From Eledone cirrhosa (taxonomy: Eukaryota): 64,000 bases of DNA. The DNA lies in assembly GCA_964016885.1 (NCBI GenBank), contig OZ024749.1, positions 20,336,001-20,400,000 of the forward strand, in the 5' to 3' direction. Shown piece by piece: positions 15,001 to 25,953 of the stretch. Below the pieces are notes generated by a model. It had not been told where the DNA came from. It worked only from the letters and a program-made list of their open reading frames with translations, and made no database searches. Every line of letters begins with the position of its first letter. Position 1 is the first letter of the stretch. Made by a program: the position numbers and the translations under genes.

Positions 15001-18000
15001 AAAGGTGACAGACTACTGAGGACCAGAGGTGTGTTTTAACTGCTCAGTGAAGGTGTCAGACTACTGAGGACCAGAGGTGTGTTTTAACTGCTCAGTTAAG
15101 GTGACAGACTGCTGAGGAACAGAGGTGTGTTTTAACTCCTCAGTTAAGGTGACAGACTACTGAGGAACAGAGGTGTTTTTTAACTCCTCAGTTAAGGTGA
15201 CAGACTGCTGAGGACCAGAGGTGTGTTTTAACTGCTCAGTTAAGGTGACAGATTGCTGAGGACCAGAGGTGTGTTTTAACTGTTCAGTTAAGGTGACAGA
15301 TTGCTGAGGACCAGAGGTGTGTTTTAACTGTTCAGTTAAGGTGACAGATTGCTGAGGACCAGAGGTGTGTTTTAACTGTTCAGTTAAGGTGACAGACTGC
15401 TGAGGAACAGAGGTGTGTTTTAACTGCTCAGTAAAGGTGACAGACTACTGAGGAACAGAGGTGTGCTTTAACTCCTCAGTAAAGGTGACAGACTACTGAG
15501 GACCAGAGGTGTGTTTTAACTGTTCAGTTAAGGTGACAGAATACTGAGGACCAGAGGTGTGTTTTAACTCCACAGTTAAGGTGACAGACTACTGAGGACC
15601 AGAGGTGTGTTTTAACTCCTCAGTTAAGGTGTCAGACTACCGAGGAACAGAGGTGTGTTTTAACTCGTCAGTAAAGGTGACAGACTACTGAGGACAAGAG
15701 GTTTGTTTTAACTCCTCAGTTAAGGTGACAGACTACTGAGGACCATAGGTGTGTTTTAACTGCTCAGTTAAGGTGTCAGACTACCGAGGAACAGAGGTGT
15801 GTTTTAACTCCTCAGTTAAGGTGTCAGACTACTGAGGACCAGAGGTGTGTTTTAACGGCTCAGTAAAGGTGACAGACTACCGAGGAACAGAGGTGTGTTT
15901 TAACTGCTCAGTTAAGGTGACAGACTGCTGAGGACCAGAGGTGTGTTTTAACTCCTCAGTAAAGGTGACAGACTACTGAGCACCAGAGGTGTGTTTTAAC
16001 TCCTCAGTTAAGGTGACAGACTGCTGAGGACCAGAGGTGTGTTTTAACTGCTCAGTTAAGGTGACAGACTGCTGAGGACCAGAGGTGTGTTTTAACTGCT
16101 CAGTTAAGGTGACAAACTGCTGAGGAACAGAGGTGTGTTTTAACTCCTCAGTTAAGGTGACAGACTGCTGAGGACCAGAGGTGTGTTTTAACTGCTCAGT
16201 TAAGGTGACAGACTGCTGAGGAACAGAGGTGTGTTTTAACTCCTCAGTTAAGGTGACAGATTGCTGAGGACCAGAGGTGTGTTTTAACTCCTCAGTAAAG
16301 GTGACAGACTACTGAGGACCAGAGGTGTGTTTTAACTCCTCAGTTAAGGTGACAGATTGCTGAGGACCAGAGGTGTGTTTTAACTGCTCAGTTAAGGTGA
16401 CAGACTGCTGAGGACCAGAGGTGTGTTTTAACTGCTCAGTTAAGGTGACAGACTACTGAGGACCAGAGGTGTGTTTTAACTGTTCAGTTAAGGTGACAGA
16501 CTACTGAGGACCAGAGGTGTGTTTTAACTGCTCAGTTAAGGTGACAGACTGCTGAGGAACAGAGGTGTGTTTTAACTGTTCAGTTAAGGTGACAGATTGC
16601 TGAGGACCAGAGGTGTGTTTTAACTGTTCAGTTAAGGTGACAGATTGCTGAGGACCAGAGGTGTGTTTTAACTGTTCAGTTAATGTGACAGATTGCTGAG
16701 GACCAGAGGTGTGTTTTAACTGTTCAGTTAAGGTGACAGACTGCTGAGGAACAGAGGTGTGTTTTAACTGCTCAGTAAAGGTGACAGACTACTGAGGAAC
16801 AGAGGTGTGCTTTAACTCCTCAGTAAAGGTGACAGACTACTGAGGACCAGAGGTGTGTTTTAACTGTTCAGTTAAGGTGACAGAATACTGAGGACCAGAG
16901 GTGTGTTTTAACTCCACAGTTAAGGTGACAGACTACTGAGGACCAGAGGTGTGTTTTAACTCCTCAGTTAAGGTGTCAGACTACCGAGGAACAGAGGTGT
17001 GTTTTAACTCGTCAGTAAAGGTGACAGACTACTGAGGACCAGAGGTGTGTTTTAACTCCTCAGTTAAGGTGACAGACTACTGAGGACCAGAGGTGTGTTT
17101 TAACTGCTCAGTTAAGGTGTCAGACTACCGAGGAACAGAGGTGTGTTTTAACTCCTCAGTTAAGGTGTCAGACTACTGAGGACCAGAGGTGTGTTTTAAC
17201 GGCTCAGTAAAGGTGACAGACTACCGAGGAACAGAGGTGTGTTTTAACTGTTCAGTTAAGGTGACAGACTACTGAGGAACAGAGGTGTGTTTTAACTGCT
17301 CAGTTAAGGTGTCAGACTACCGAGGAACAGAGGTGTGTTTTAACTCCTCAGTAAAGGTGACAGACTACTGAGGACCAGAGGTGTGTTTTAACTGCTCAGT
17401 TAAGGTGACAGACTACTGAGGAACAGAGGTGTGTTTTAACTTCTCAGTTAAGGTGTCAGACTACCGAGGACCAGAGGTGTGTTTTAACTCCTCAGTAAAG
17501 GTGACAGACTACTGAGGACCAGAGGTGTGTTTTAACTGCTCAGTTAAGGTGACAGACTGCTGAGGACCAGAGGTGTGTTTTAACTCCTCAGTAAAGGTGT
17601 CAGACTACCGAAGAACAGAGGTGTGTTTTAACTCCTCAGTAAAGGTGACAGACTACTGAGGACCAGAGGTGTGTTTTAACTGCTCAGTTAAGGTGACAGA
17701 CTGCTGAGGACCAGAGGTGTGTTTTAACTCCTCAGTAAAGGTGTCAGACTACTGAGGAACAGAGGTGTGTTTTAACTGTTCAGTTAAGGTGACAGACTGC
17801 TGAGGACCAGAGGTGTGTTTTAACTGCTCAGTTAAGGTGACAGACTACCGAGGAACAGAGGTGTGTTTTAACTGTTCAGTTAAGGTGACAGACTGCTGAG
17901 GACCAGAGGTGTGTTTTAACTGCTCATTTAAGGTGACAGATTGCTGAGGACCAGAGGTGTGTTTTAACTCCTCAGTAAAGGTGACAGACTGCTGAGGACC

Positions 18001-20612
18001 AGAGGTGTGTTTTAACTGCTCAGTTAAGGTGACAGACTGCTGAGGACCAGAGGTGTGTTTTAACTGTTCAATGAAGGTGACAGACTGCTGAGGACCAGAG
18101 GTGTGTTTTAACTCCTCAGTAAAGGTGACAGATTGCTGAGGACCAGAGGTGTGTTTTAACTCCTCAGTAAAGGTGACAGACTGCTGAGGACCAGAGGTGT
18201 GTCTTAACTGCTCAGTAAAGGTGACAGATTGCTGAGGACCAGAGGTGTGTTTTAACTCCTCAGTTAAGGTGACAGACTGCTGAGGACCAGAGGTGTGTTT
18301 TAACTCCTCAGTAAAGGTGACAGATTGCTGAGGACGAGAGGTGTGTTTTAACTCCTCAGTAAAGGTGACAGACTGTTGAGGACCAGAGTTGTGTTTTAAC
18401 TGCTCAGTAAAGGTGACAGATTGCTGAGGACCAGAGGTGTGTTTTAACTCCTCAGTTAAGGTGACAGACTGCTGAGGACCAGAGGTGTGTTTTAACTCCT
18501 CAGTAAAGGTGACAGATTGCTGAGGACGAGAGGTGTGTTTTAACTCCTCAGTAAAGGTGACAGACTGTTGAGGACCAGAGGTGTGTTTTAACTGTTCAGT
18601 GAAGGTGACAGACTGCTGAGGAACAGAGGTGTGTTTTAACTGTTCAGTAAAGGTGACAGACTACTGAGGACCAGAGGTGTGTTTTAACTGCTCAGTGAAG
18701 GTGTCAGACTACTGAGGACCAGAGGTGTGTTTTAACTGCTCAGTTAAGGTGACAGACTGCTGAGGAACAGAGGTGTGTTTTAACTCCTCAGTTAAGGTGA
18801 CAGACTACTGAGGAACAGAGGTGTTTTTTACCTCCTCAGTTAAGGTGACAGACTACTGAGGAACAGAGGTGTGTTTTAACTGCTCAGTTAAGGTGACAGA
18901 CTGCTGAGGACCAGAGGTGTGTTTTAACTCCTCAGTTAATGTGACAGACTACTGAGGAACAGAGGTGTGTTTTAACTGCTCAGTTAAGGTGACAGACTGC
19001 TGAGGAACAGCGGTGTGTTTTAACTCCTCAGTTAAGGTGACAGACTACTGAGGAACAGAGGTGTGTTTTAACTGCTCAGTTAAGGTGACAGACTACTGAG
19101 GACCAGAGGTGTGTTTTAACTCCTCAGTTAAGGTGACAGACTACTGAGGAACAGAGGTGTGTTTTAACTGCTCAGTTAAGGTGACAGACTGCTGAGGAAC
19201 AGAGGTGTGTTTTAACTCCTCAGTTAAGGTGACAGACTACTGAGGAACAGAGGTGTGTTTTAACTGCTCAGTTAAGGTGACAGACTGCTGAGGACCAGAG
19301 GTGTGTTTTAACTCCTCAGTAAAGGTGACAGACTACTGAGCACCAGAGGTGTGTTTTAACTCCTCAGTTAAGGTGACAGACTGCTGAGGAACAGAGGTGT
19401 GTTTTAACTCCTCAGTTAAGGTGACAGACTGCTGAGGACCAGAGGTGTGTTTTAACTGCTCAGTTAAGGTGACAGACTGCTGAGGAACAGAGGTGTGTTT
19501 TAACTCCTCAGTTAAGGTGACAGATTGCTGAGGACCAGAGGTGTGTTTTAACTCCTCAGTAAAGGTGACAGACTACTGAGGACCAGAGGTGTGTTTTAAC
19601 TCCTCAGTTAAGGTGACAGATTGTTGAGGACCAGAGGTGTGTTTTAACTGCTCAGTTAAGGTGACAGACTGCTGAGGACCAGAGGTGTGTTTTAACTGCT
19701 CAGTTAAGGTGACAGACTACTGAGGACCAGAGGTGTGTTTTAACTGTTCAGTTAAGGTGACAGACTACTGAGGACCAGAGGTGTGTTTTAACTGCTCAGT
19801 TAAGGTGACAGACTGCTGAGGACCAGAGGTGTGTTTTAACTGCTCAGTTAAGGTGACAGACTACTGAGGACCAGAGGTGTGTTTTAACTGTTCAGTTAAG
19901 GTGACAGACTACTGAGGACCAGAGGTGTGTTTTAACTCCTCAGTTAAGGTGACAGACTACTGAGAACCAGAGGTGTGTTTTAACTGCTCAGTTAAGGTGA
20001 CAGACTACCGAGGAACAGAGGTGTGTTTTAAGTGCTCAGTAAAGGTGACAGACTACTGAGGACCAGAGGTGTGTTTTAACTCCTCAGTTAAGGTGACAGA
20101 CTACTGAGGACCAGAGGTGTGTTTTAACTGCTCAGTTAAGGTGACAGACTACTGAGGACCAGAGGTGTGTTTTAACTGCTCAGTTAAGGTGACAGACTAC
20201 TGAGGACCAGAGGTGTGTTTTAACTCCTCAGTAAAAGTGACTGACTACTGAGAACCAGAGGTGTGTTTTAACTGTTCAGTTAAGGTGACAGATTACTGAG
20301 AACCAGAGGTGTGTTTTAACTCCTCAGTTAAGGTGACAGACTACTGAGAACCAGAGGTGTGTATTAATTCCTCAGTTAAGGTGACAGACTACTGAGGACC
20401 AGAGGTGTGTTTTAACTCCTCAGTTAAGGTGACAGACTACTGAGAACCAGAGGTGTGTTTTAACTCCTCAGTTAAGGTGACAGATTGCTGAGGAACAGAG
20501 GTGTGTTTTAACTCCTCAGTTAAGGTGACAGACTACTGAGGACCAGAGGTGTGTTTTAACTCCTCAGTTAAGGTGACAGACTACTGAGGACCAGAGGTGT
20601 GTTTTAACTGCA
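1..20612. repeat. 48-bp tandem satellite, ~429 monomers, runs off the left edge
   Basis: Monomer AGAGGTGTGTTTTAACT(G/C)(C/T)TCAGT(T/A)AAGGTGACAGACT(G/A)CTGAGGA(C/A)C; phase at 20161 equals phase at 1; degenerate terminal unit 20612-20664 then (TA)n. Confidence 0.99.
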
Positions 20613-20661
20613 CAGTTTTCACTACACAGCTAAAGTGACACTAATAGACTGCTGATGACTA

Positions 20662-20724
<63 letters not shown>

Positions 20725-21210
20725 AAAGAGAAAACACAGGTAAGCATTAAGAGAAGGATTTTATCCAGGTATTTACGACCGTTTCATTGGTAAGTGCAAC
20801 CTTATATTGCTATACTGCAAATAGCAGCCACTCAGTTATAATTGTTGTTCACAGTCCAAATTTTCAAAATAGTAAGTTACTCTTGAAATAATTCTTAATA
20901 TATAGAGAAAAACATTTATTTGGAATTGTATTTACTAGTATAGAGAGAGAGGTATCAGAAGGTGAGGGGACAAACGGAATAGTATAGAGAGAGAGGAAGG
21001 GGGAAGAGGTAGGAAGTAGAGTGACAAACTGAGATGGAGGGAGGGGTAGAGGTGGAAGGATTCTTTGGTCAGTTTTAATAGCAGACTTCATGTCGTGGAA
21101 TGTAGTGAGTTAAAGAGAATTAAATTGATCATAGTGGGAGGGATGGATAGAGAGGGAGAGAGAGAGAGGGGGGAGATATAAAGAGATAAATATATATATA
21201 TATATATATA

Positions 21211-21430
21211 AAAAACATGAGAAGAAAGAAGAATACTGCGTGGTTGCACATGGATTACGTATGATAAAATTAAACCCTCATCAGTGATTTGCCAACCATC
21301 ATTGGTATCATCGCATTAAAAATCATATACCTCAGGTTGGTGCGAGCAATAACTAAAAAAAGCTATTGGGACAAGTAAATCGCGTAAAGCGAGTGAGACA
21401 AGTAAACAACATAGAAGGATAAAAGCAAAA
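21211..21430 (-). mobile_element. Partial copy of ~500-nt non-coding element (family P, permuted-hammerhead carrier)
   Basis: Closely matches 43228-43400 and 55938-56155; follows (TA)n; core CTGATGA kept, GAAA reduced to GA. Confidence 0.8.
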
Positions 21431-21655
21431 AATAAAGATAAAGATAATAATGACAAAAATAAAAGCAAAGAAGGGGGTGAGAAAGAAGAAAAGAAAAGAT
21501 AGCCAAGAAGGGGAGGGAAGGAAGGAAGAAAACGAAGAAATAGAAGAGGAATGAGGGAGAAGAGAGGGATATATGCATTGGTTTTGTGGGTAATTAAAAG
21601 GGTTTAGATACAAGAGGGTATAAAGTCTAAGTATATGTCAGTTGGTAGTAAGAGG

Positions 21656-21970
21656 TTAAGGGTTCGATTTGTAGTGCGAAAACTTCTCTTTGAGTCTATG
21701 GTTACAATAAATTGATCTTTCGATTTTATTGTTGAGTAACTTATTCTTCGAACTCAAGATGTGGAACAGCTCAAGGTCGCATAATCGACAGCTTCTCATA
21801 CCACTCCGATATGGGGGCGCGTTCGATAATTTTTTCCACTTCAGGGTGTATTGATGGTTACTTTCCCTCAGTTGCCAGGTCTTGTTTGCAAGGGTAGTTA
21901 CATAACGATGCTGGGAATGTTTCATTGCGTAACGGTGTGTATACCAACGGGCTTTAAATGTATTCAGTAT
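21656..21970 (-). pseudogene. GIY-YIG endonuclease C-terminal fragment of a Penelope-like element
   Basis: FKARWYTH...TTLANKTWQL...CRLCDLE...LLNNKIERSIYCNH, alignable by eye with 46652-46960 and 32250-32539. Confidence 0.85.
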
Positions 21971-22125
21971 GGTCACTCTACTTCCTACCTCTTCCCCTTT
22001 CCTCTCTCTTTATACTATTCCGTTTGTCCCCTCACCTTCTGATACCTCTCTCTCTATACTAGTAAATACAATTCCAAATAAATGTTTTTCTCTATATATT
22101 AAGAATTATTTCAAGAGTAACTTAC

Positions 22126-22227
22126 TATTTTGAAAATTTGGACTGTGAACAACAATTATAATTGAGTGGCTGCTATTTGCAGTATAGCAATATAAGGTTG
22201 CACTTACCAATGAAACGGTCGTAAATA
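22126..22227 (+). ncRNA. Degenerate type I hammerhead with ~75-nt stem II (mirror copy ~20770-20871, minus)
   Basis: TATT-TTGAAAA (two changes from CTGAAGA)-TTTGG...CCAAT-GAAAC-GGTC-GTA-AATA. Confidence 0.5.
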
Positions 22228-22417
22228 CCTGGATAAAATCCTTCTCTTAATGCTTACCTGTGTTTTCTCTTTTATACTCCAAGATTGAACGGAATTCTTA
22301 CAAACTTATGGAGTTACCCCTAACCGTACGGTGAAACCATCCATGAAACTGGCTTTCTTAACCAAGAACTGGATCACAATAAGCAATTTTCTGCTTCTCT
22401 AACTATATATATATATA

Positions 22418-22605
22418 GCGAGGGAAAAGTGGTAAGGAACCAGGTGGACCATAACGCACCAAAGTACTCAATACTTAGGGTAGTAGAGTGGGTAATAGGA
22501 GTAAGTAAGACCCCGACGGCTGAGCTCAAGCTGTTTCGACGGCTAATTCTGTACTGAATTAGCCGTCGAAACGGCTTGAGCTCAGCCGTCGGGGTCTTAC
22601 TTACT

Positions 22606-22610
<5 letters not shown>
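22418..22610. mobile_element. ~190-bp hairpin element (family H), copy 1, in (TA)n
   Basis: Unique arm TGGTAAGGAACCAGGTGGACCATAACGCACC...GTACTCAATAC, then a 55-bp-arm palindrome 22495-22610. Confidence 0.85.
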
Positions 22611-22641
<31 letters not shown>

Positions 22642-22681
22642 TACAAATATTAATAAAATAGATGTTCTTTTTATCAATTAC

Positions 22682-22734
22682 ATTTTATTATACATATTTC
22701 AGATGTACAACAGTACGTCTGCATCAGACAAAAT
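22682..22734 (-). ncRNA. Type I hammerhead with A9->C core change
   Basis: Minus strand: ATTTTGT-CTGATGC-AGACGTAC tgtt GTACATCT-GAAA-TATGTA-TA-ATAAAAT. Confidence 0.65.
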
Positions 22735-23138
22735 ATATTGATACATGACATACCCTGAGATGTTAAATGGTTAAGATTTAATCAATTAATATTTGTATTA
22801 TAATATTTGTATTTTAATATTTGTATTTTAATATTTGTATTTTAATATTAATAACTCTGGAAAATTATTTTCCATAGAGTGCTTCCAATCTACTGTAAAA
22901 CTCATTCTTTGATATACTCATTGAATCTTGTTTAACTCTTTAATATATATATATCATCTGTCCTGGTGAATCGTGGGGGTGCCACAGATGACCTGGCAAC
23001 CAGCTCCTTCCAATCCTCTTGTCTCTCTCTCTGCCTTCCTCATGGCTGCACCCAGCTTCATGCCTGCTATACATACATACATACATACATACATACATAC
23101 ATACATACATACATACATACATACATACATACATACAT

Positions 23139-23550
23139 ACTCCACCCTGATTACACCTTCAGATTTATACCTGTGATTATTGGGGCATTGGGATATGTTA
23201 GTAACTGCCTCAATACAAATCTTGAGAAGTTAGGCTTCACAGAAACAGAAAGAACACAATTAGTTAGGAAATTACAAGTACAAGCCATTAATGGAACAGT
23301 AAAAATATGTAAAACATTCCAAAAATTTTGCATCTAATGTACAGATACAAAGCATATACACATACAACTCAAAACACACACATCCACACATACAATAGCA
23401 TCCATATCTACACATGCATGCATACATACATATCTACCTAGTTGATGTTGTGTAAATTCCAATAAGAGAGTCTTGTGTCTATGTTAGAAACCGACTCTCT
23501 CTCTATAGGTAAAACTTTGTGAAATTATAAAACCAGAAGAAATTACATAC
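23139..23550 (+). mobile_element. 3' end of non-LTR retrotransposon with restriction-like endonuclease (R4/NeSL-type), after (TACA)n
   Basis: LHPDYTFRFIPVIIGALGYV...KICKTFQKF*, then a 3' UTR shared with 44488-44740, 45170-45420 and 62440-62650. Confidence 0.75.
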
Positions 23551-24245
23551 AAGAAACCTTGGTAGGTTTGCCAGTTTAGTCGCCAACGACCCGACCATGA
23601 GACAGGTTGTACTGGGATACATGTTACCAGTAGCACCAACTGGTGACCTGACATACATACATACATACATGGTGGCTGCCAACTCGTTTTCGAGTACGGC
23701 CACTACTTTATATCCATGTAGGAGAACCCCTACCGATGCGCTGAACGAGTGTGACTTTTTAGTCCAGCCAGCGACTTGAAAACTCTGGTACAAACACTAC
23801 ACCTGTGACAATTATTGACACATAGTGCTGGGCCCATTGTACCATGTGACAACAAGTGCAGAGAGATCTCCAGATATAAAGCAATGCCTGTGCGGTGAAG
23901 CTTTTATAGTGAGCAAAGGCACTGCACAAAGCCAGTCCCACTCTCTTAACCAAGATGATATTTACCAAAAAGAAGAACAAGTCAACATCATTGGATACCA
24001 TCAGGGTTGCAGGTGTTATATCAGAGTTTTCCTTCTAGAATTCTGCCTTGACAAAGGCTAAGGGGTCATCTCTCCCGGTGATTTTGGATGGCCATTGACT
24101 CTTAAGAGCTCCTTTACCTTTTGACAGGTTTTGTTTTTAGTCCTGCAGGATGTCCAAAATCACCCTCCTCACCAAGAAACCTTGGTGGGGTTGCCAGTTT
24201 AGTCGCCAACAACCCGACCATGGGGTAGGTTGTACTGGGATACAC
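23551..24245. repeat. Unclassified ~70-bp interspersed repeat, two direct copies (23551-23622, 24175-24245)
   Basis: AAGAAACCTTGGT.GG.TTGCCAGTTTAGTCGCCAAC.ACCCGACCATG...GGTTGTACTGGGATACA in both, each near TACA repeats. Confidence 0.6.
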
Positions 24246-24509
24246 ATACATATATACATACATACATACATACATACATACATACATACATACATACATA
24301 CATACATACATAGATACATACATAGATACATACATACATACTAGACATACGTGAAATGTCTACAGGATATAACTGCCTGGAAACATCTGTGTGTGTGTGT
24401 GTGTCTGTCTGTCTGTCTCTGTATTAATATGGCATTATTTCACATGACGTCACCGTTTGCTAGCTTTATGGGTCACTGAGTATACGTGTATATATGCGCA
24501 TAAATAAAT

Positions 24510-24571
24510 GTATTCAAACACACACACACACACATATATATATATACACACACACACAGACATATATATAT

Positions 24572-24622
<51 letters not shown>

Positions 24623-24679
24623 CATACATGTATATATATATATACATATATATATACATATATATATACACATACATAC

Positions 24680-24760
<81 letters not shown>

Positions 24761-24797
24761 CATATATATATACATATATATATATATACATACATAC

Positions 24798-24876
<79 letters not shown>

Positions 24877-24895
24877 CATATATATATATATATAT

Positions 24896-24965
<70 letters not shown>

Positions 24966-24981
24966 TATATATATATACAAG

Positions 24982-25032
<51 letters not shown>

Positions 25033-25166
25033 GTATATATATCTGCTACCCTAAGTATTGAGTATTTTGGTGCGTTATGAAGGTCCATCTGGTTCCTTAC
25101 CACATTTCCTTAGTTATATATATATATATATATATATACATATATATATTTATATACATATATACT

Positions 25167-25242
<76 letters not shown>

Positions 25243-25251
25243 CATATGTAC

Positions 25252-25287
<36 letters not shown>

Positions 25288-25320
25288 GTTTACATATATA
25301 TATAGATATATACATATACG
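24510..25320. repeat. (TA)n/(TACA)n microsatellite field containing a family H fragment (25043-25115, reversed)
   Basis: Direct reading; CTACCCTAAGTATTGAGTA...GGTTCCTTACCAC is the reverse complement of the family H unique arm. Confidence 0.9.
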
Positions 25321-25712
25321 TGTTTTGCAACGGGTCACTTTGTGGCTCAATGAAAAGTTAATAAATTTCTTCATAGAAGCCTTATTCTTATAGCTTGGTC
25401 TATTCGATTTTTTATATGGTTAATTATGCTAATTGGGAGAGGAAATGGTATATATTTTATCTGGTGATTCTATAGACATGTTTTATATATATATATATTT
25501 CGTTTCTGAATTTGTTTAGCAAGATTCTTTATCTGAAATCGTGTGTTGAAACCGATATTGTTATACTTTGGGAGGGTCATGTTGCCAATAAGAAATACAC
25601 GCACTAGTTGCTTTCACTTCAATTTATTATATATTTATAAATTTATAAGTTTATAAATTTATAAATTTCTGGTTGGTTGGTTGGTTCCACAACCAGATAG
25701 TTGTTTATATAT

Positions 25713-25757
25713 AGTCATAGTTCTTTCGTCACACACTCTGTGACCTCTTCAGTGACT
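25713..25757 (-). ncRNA. Minimal type I hammerhead in 3' pLTR
   Basis: AGTCA-CTGAAGA-G-GTCAC agagtgt GTGAC-GAAA-GAAC-TA-TGACT. Confidence 0.85.
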
Positions 25758-25953
25758 GGGGATTCCTTTCTTTGTTTCTGTGCCTCTCCTTTGTTCTGTC
25801 CTACGCCATTTTGTTTCTGTGTGTGTGTTGTGTGCTCAGTCTGCGCATGCGCCACATCCGGGTGTCTGTGTGTGTTTATGTTCATTTATTTATTTGTTTA
25901 TTTACATGTTACTGGTTGGTTGTTTGTTCTATGTGTGTGTTTTCATTTTGTCC

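Larger units (their letters stand above)
20724..22273 (-). mobile_element. 5'-truncated Penelope-like element (GIY-YIG family B) with ~300-bp inverted pLTR
   Basis: 20724-21025 is the reverse complement of 21972-22273; the arms flank a minus-strand GIY-YIG C-terminal fragment and its 3' UTR. Confidence 0.85.

Noticed and set aside
1-20664. Satellite as a CRISPR array or an active hammerhead array (CTGAGGA in nearly every monomer, CTGATGA in the terminal unit)
   Set aside because: No unique spacers or cas genes. The GAAA strand is absent (TTAAC where GAAAC is needed); descent from a decayed HHR is possible but unsupported.
22495-22610. Family H hairpins as parvovirus/densovirus termini or miRNA genes
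   Set aside because: No NS1/capsid sequence nearby; the hammerhead-half register and copy-specific symmetric arms fit retroelement fold-back better.
24114-25374. YI/YV/HT-repeat ORFs here and at 33.5-34.8, 40.5-41.2, 47.9-48.9, 52.8-53.2 and 54.4-57.2 kb
   Set aside because: Translations of (TA)n, (TG)n and (TACA)n microsatellites.
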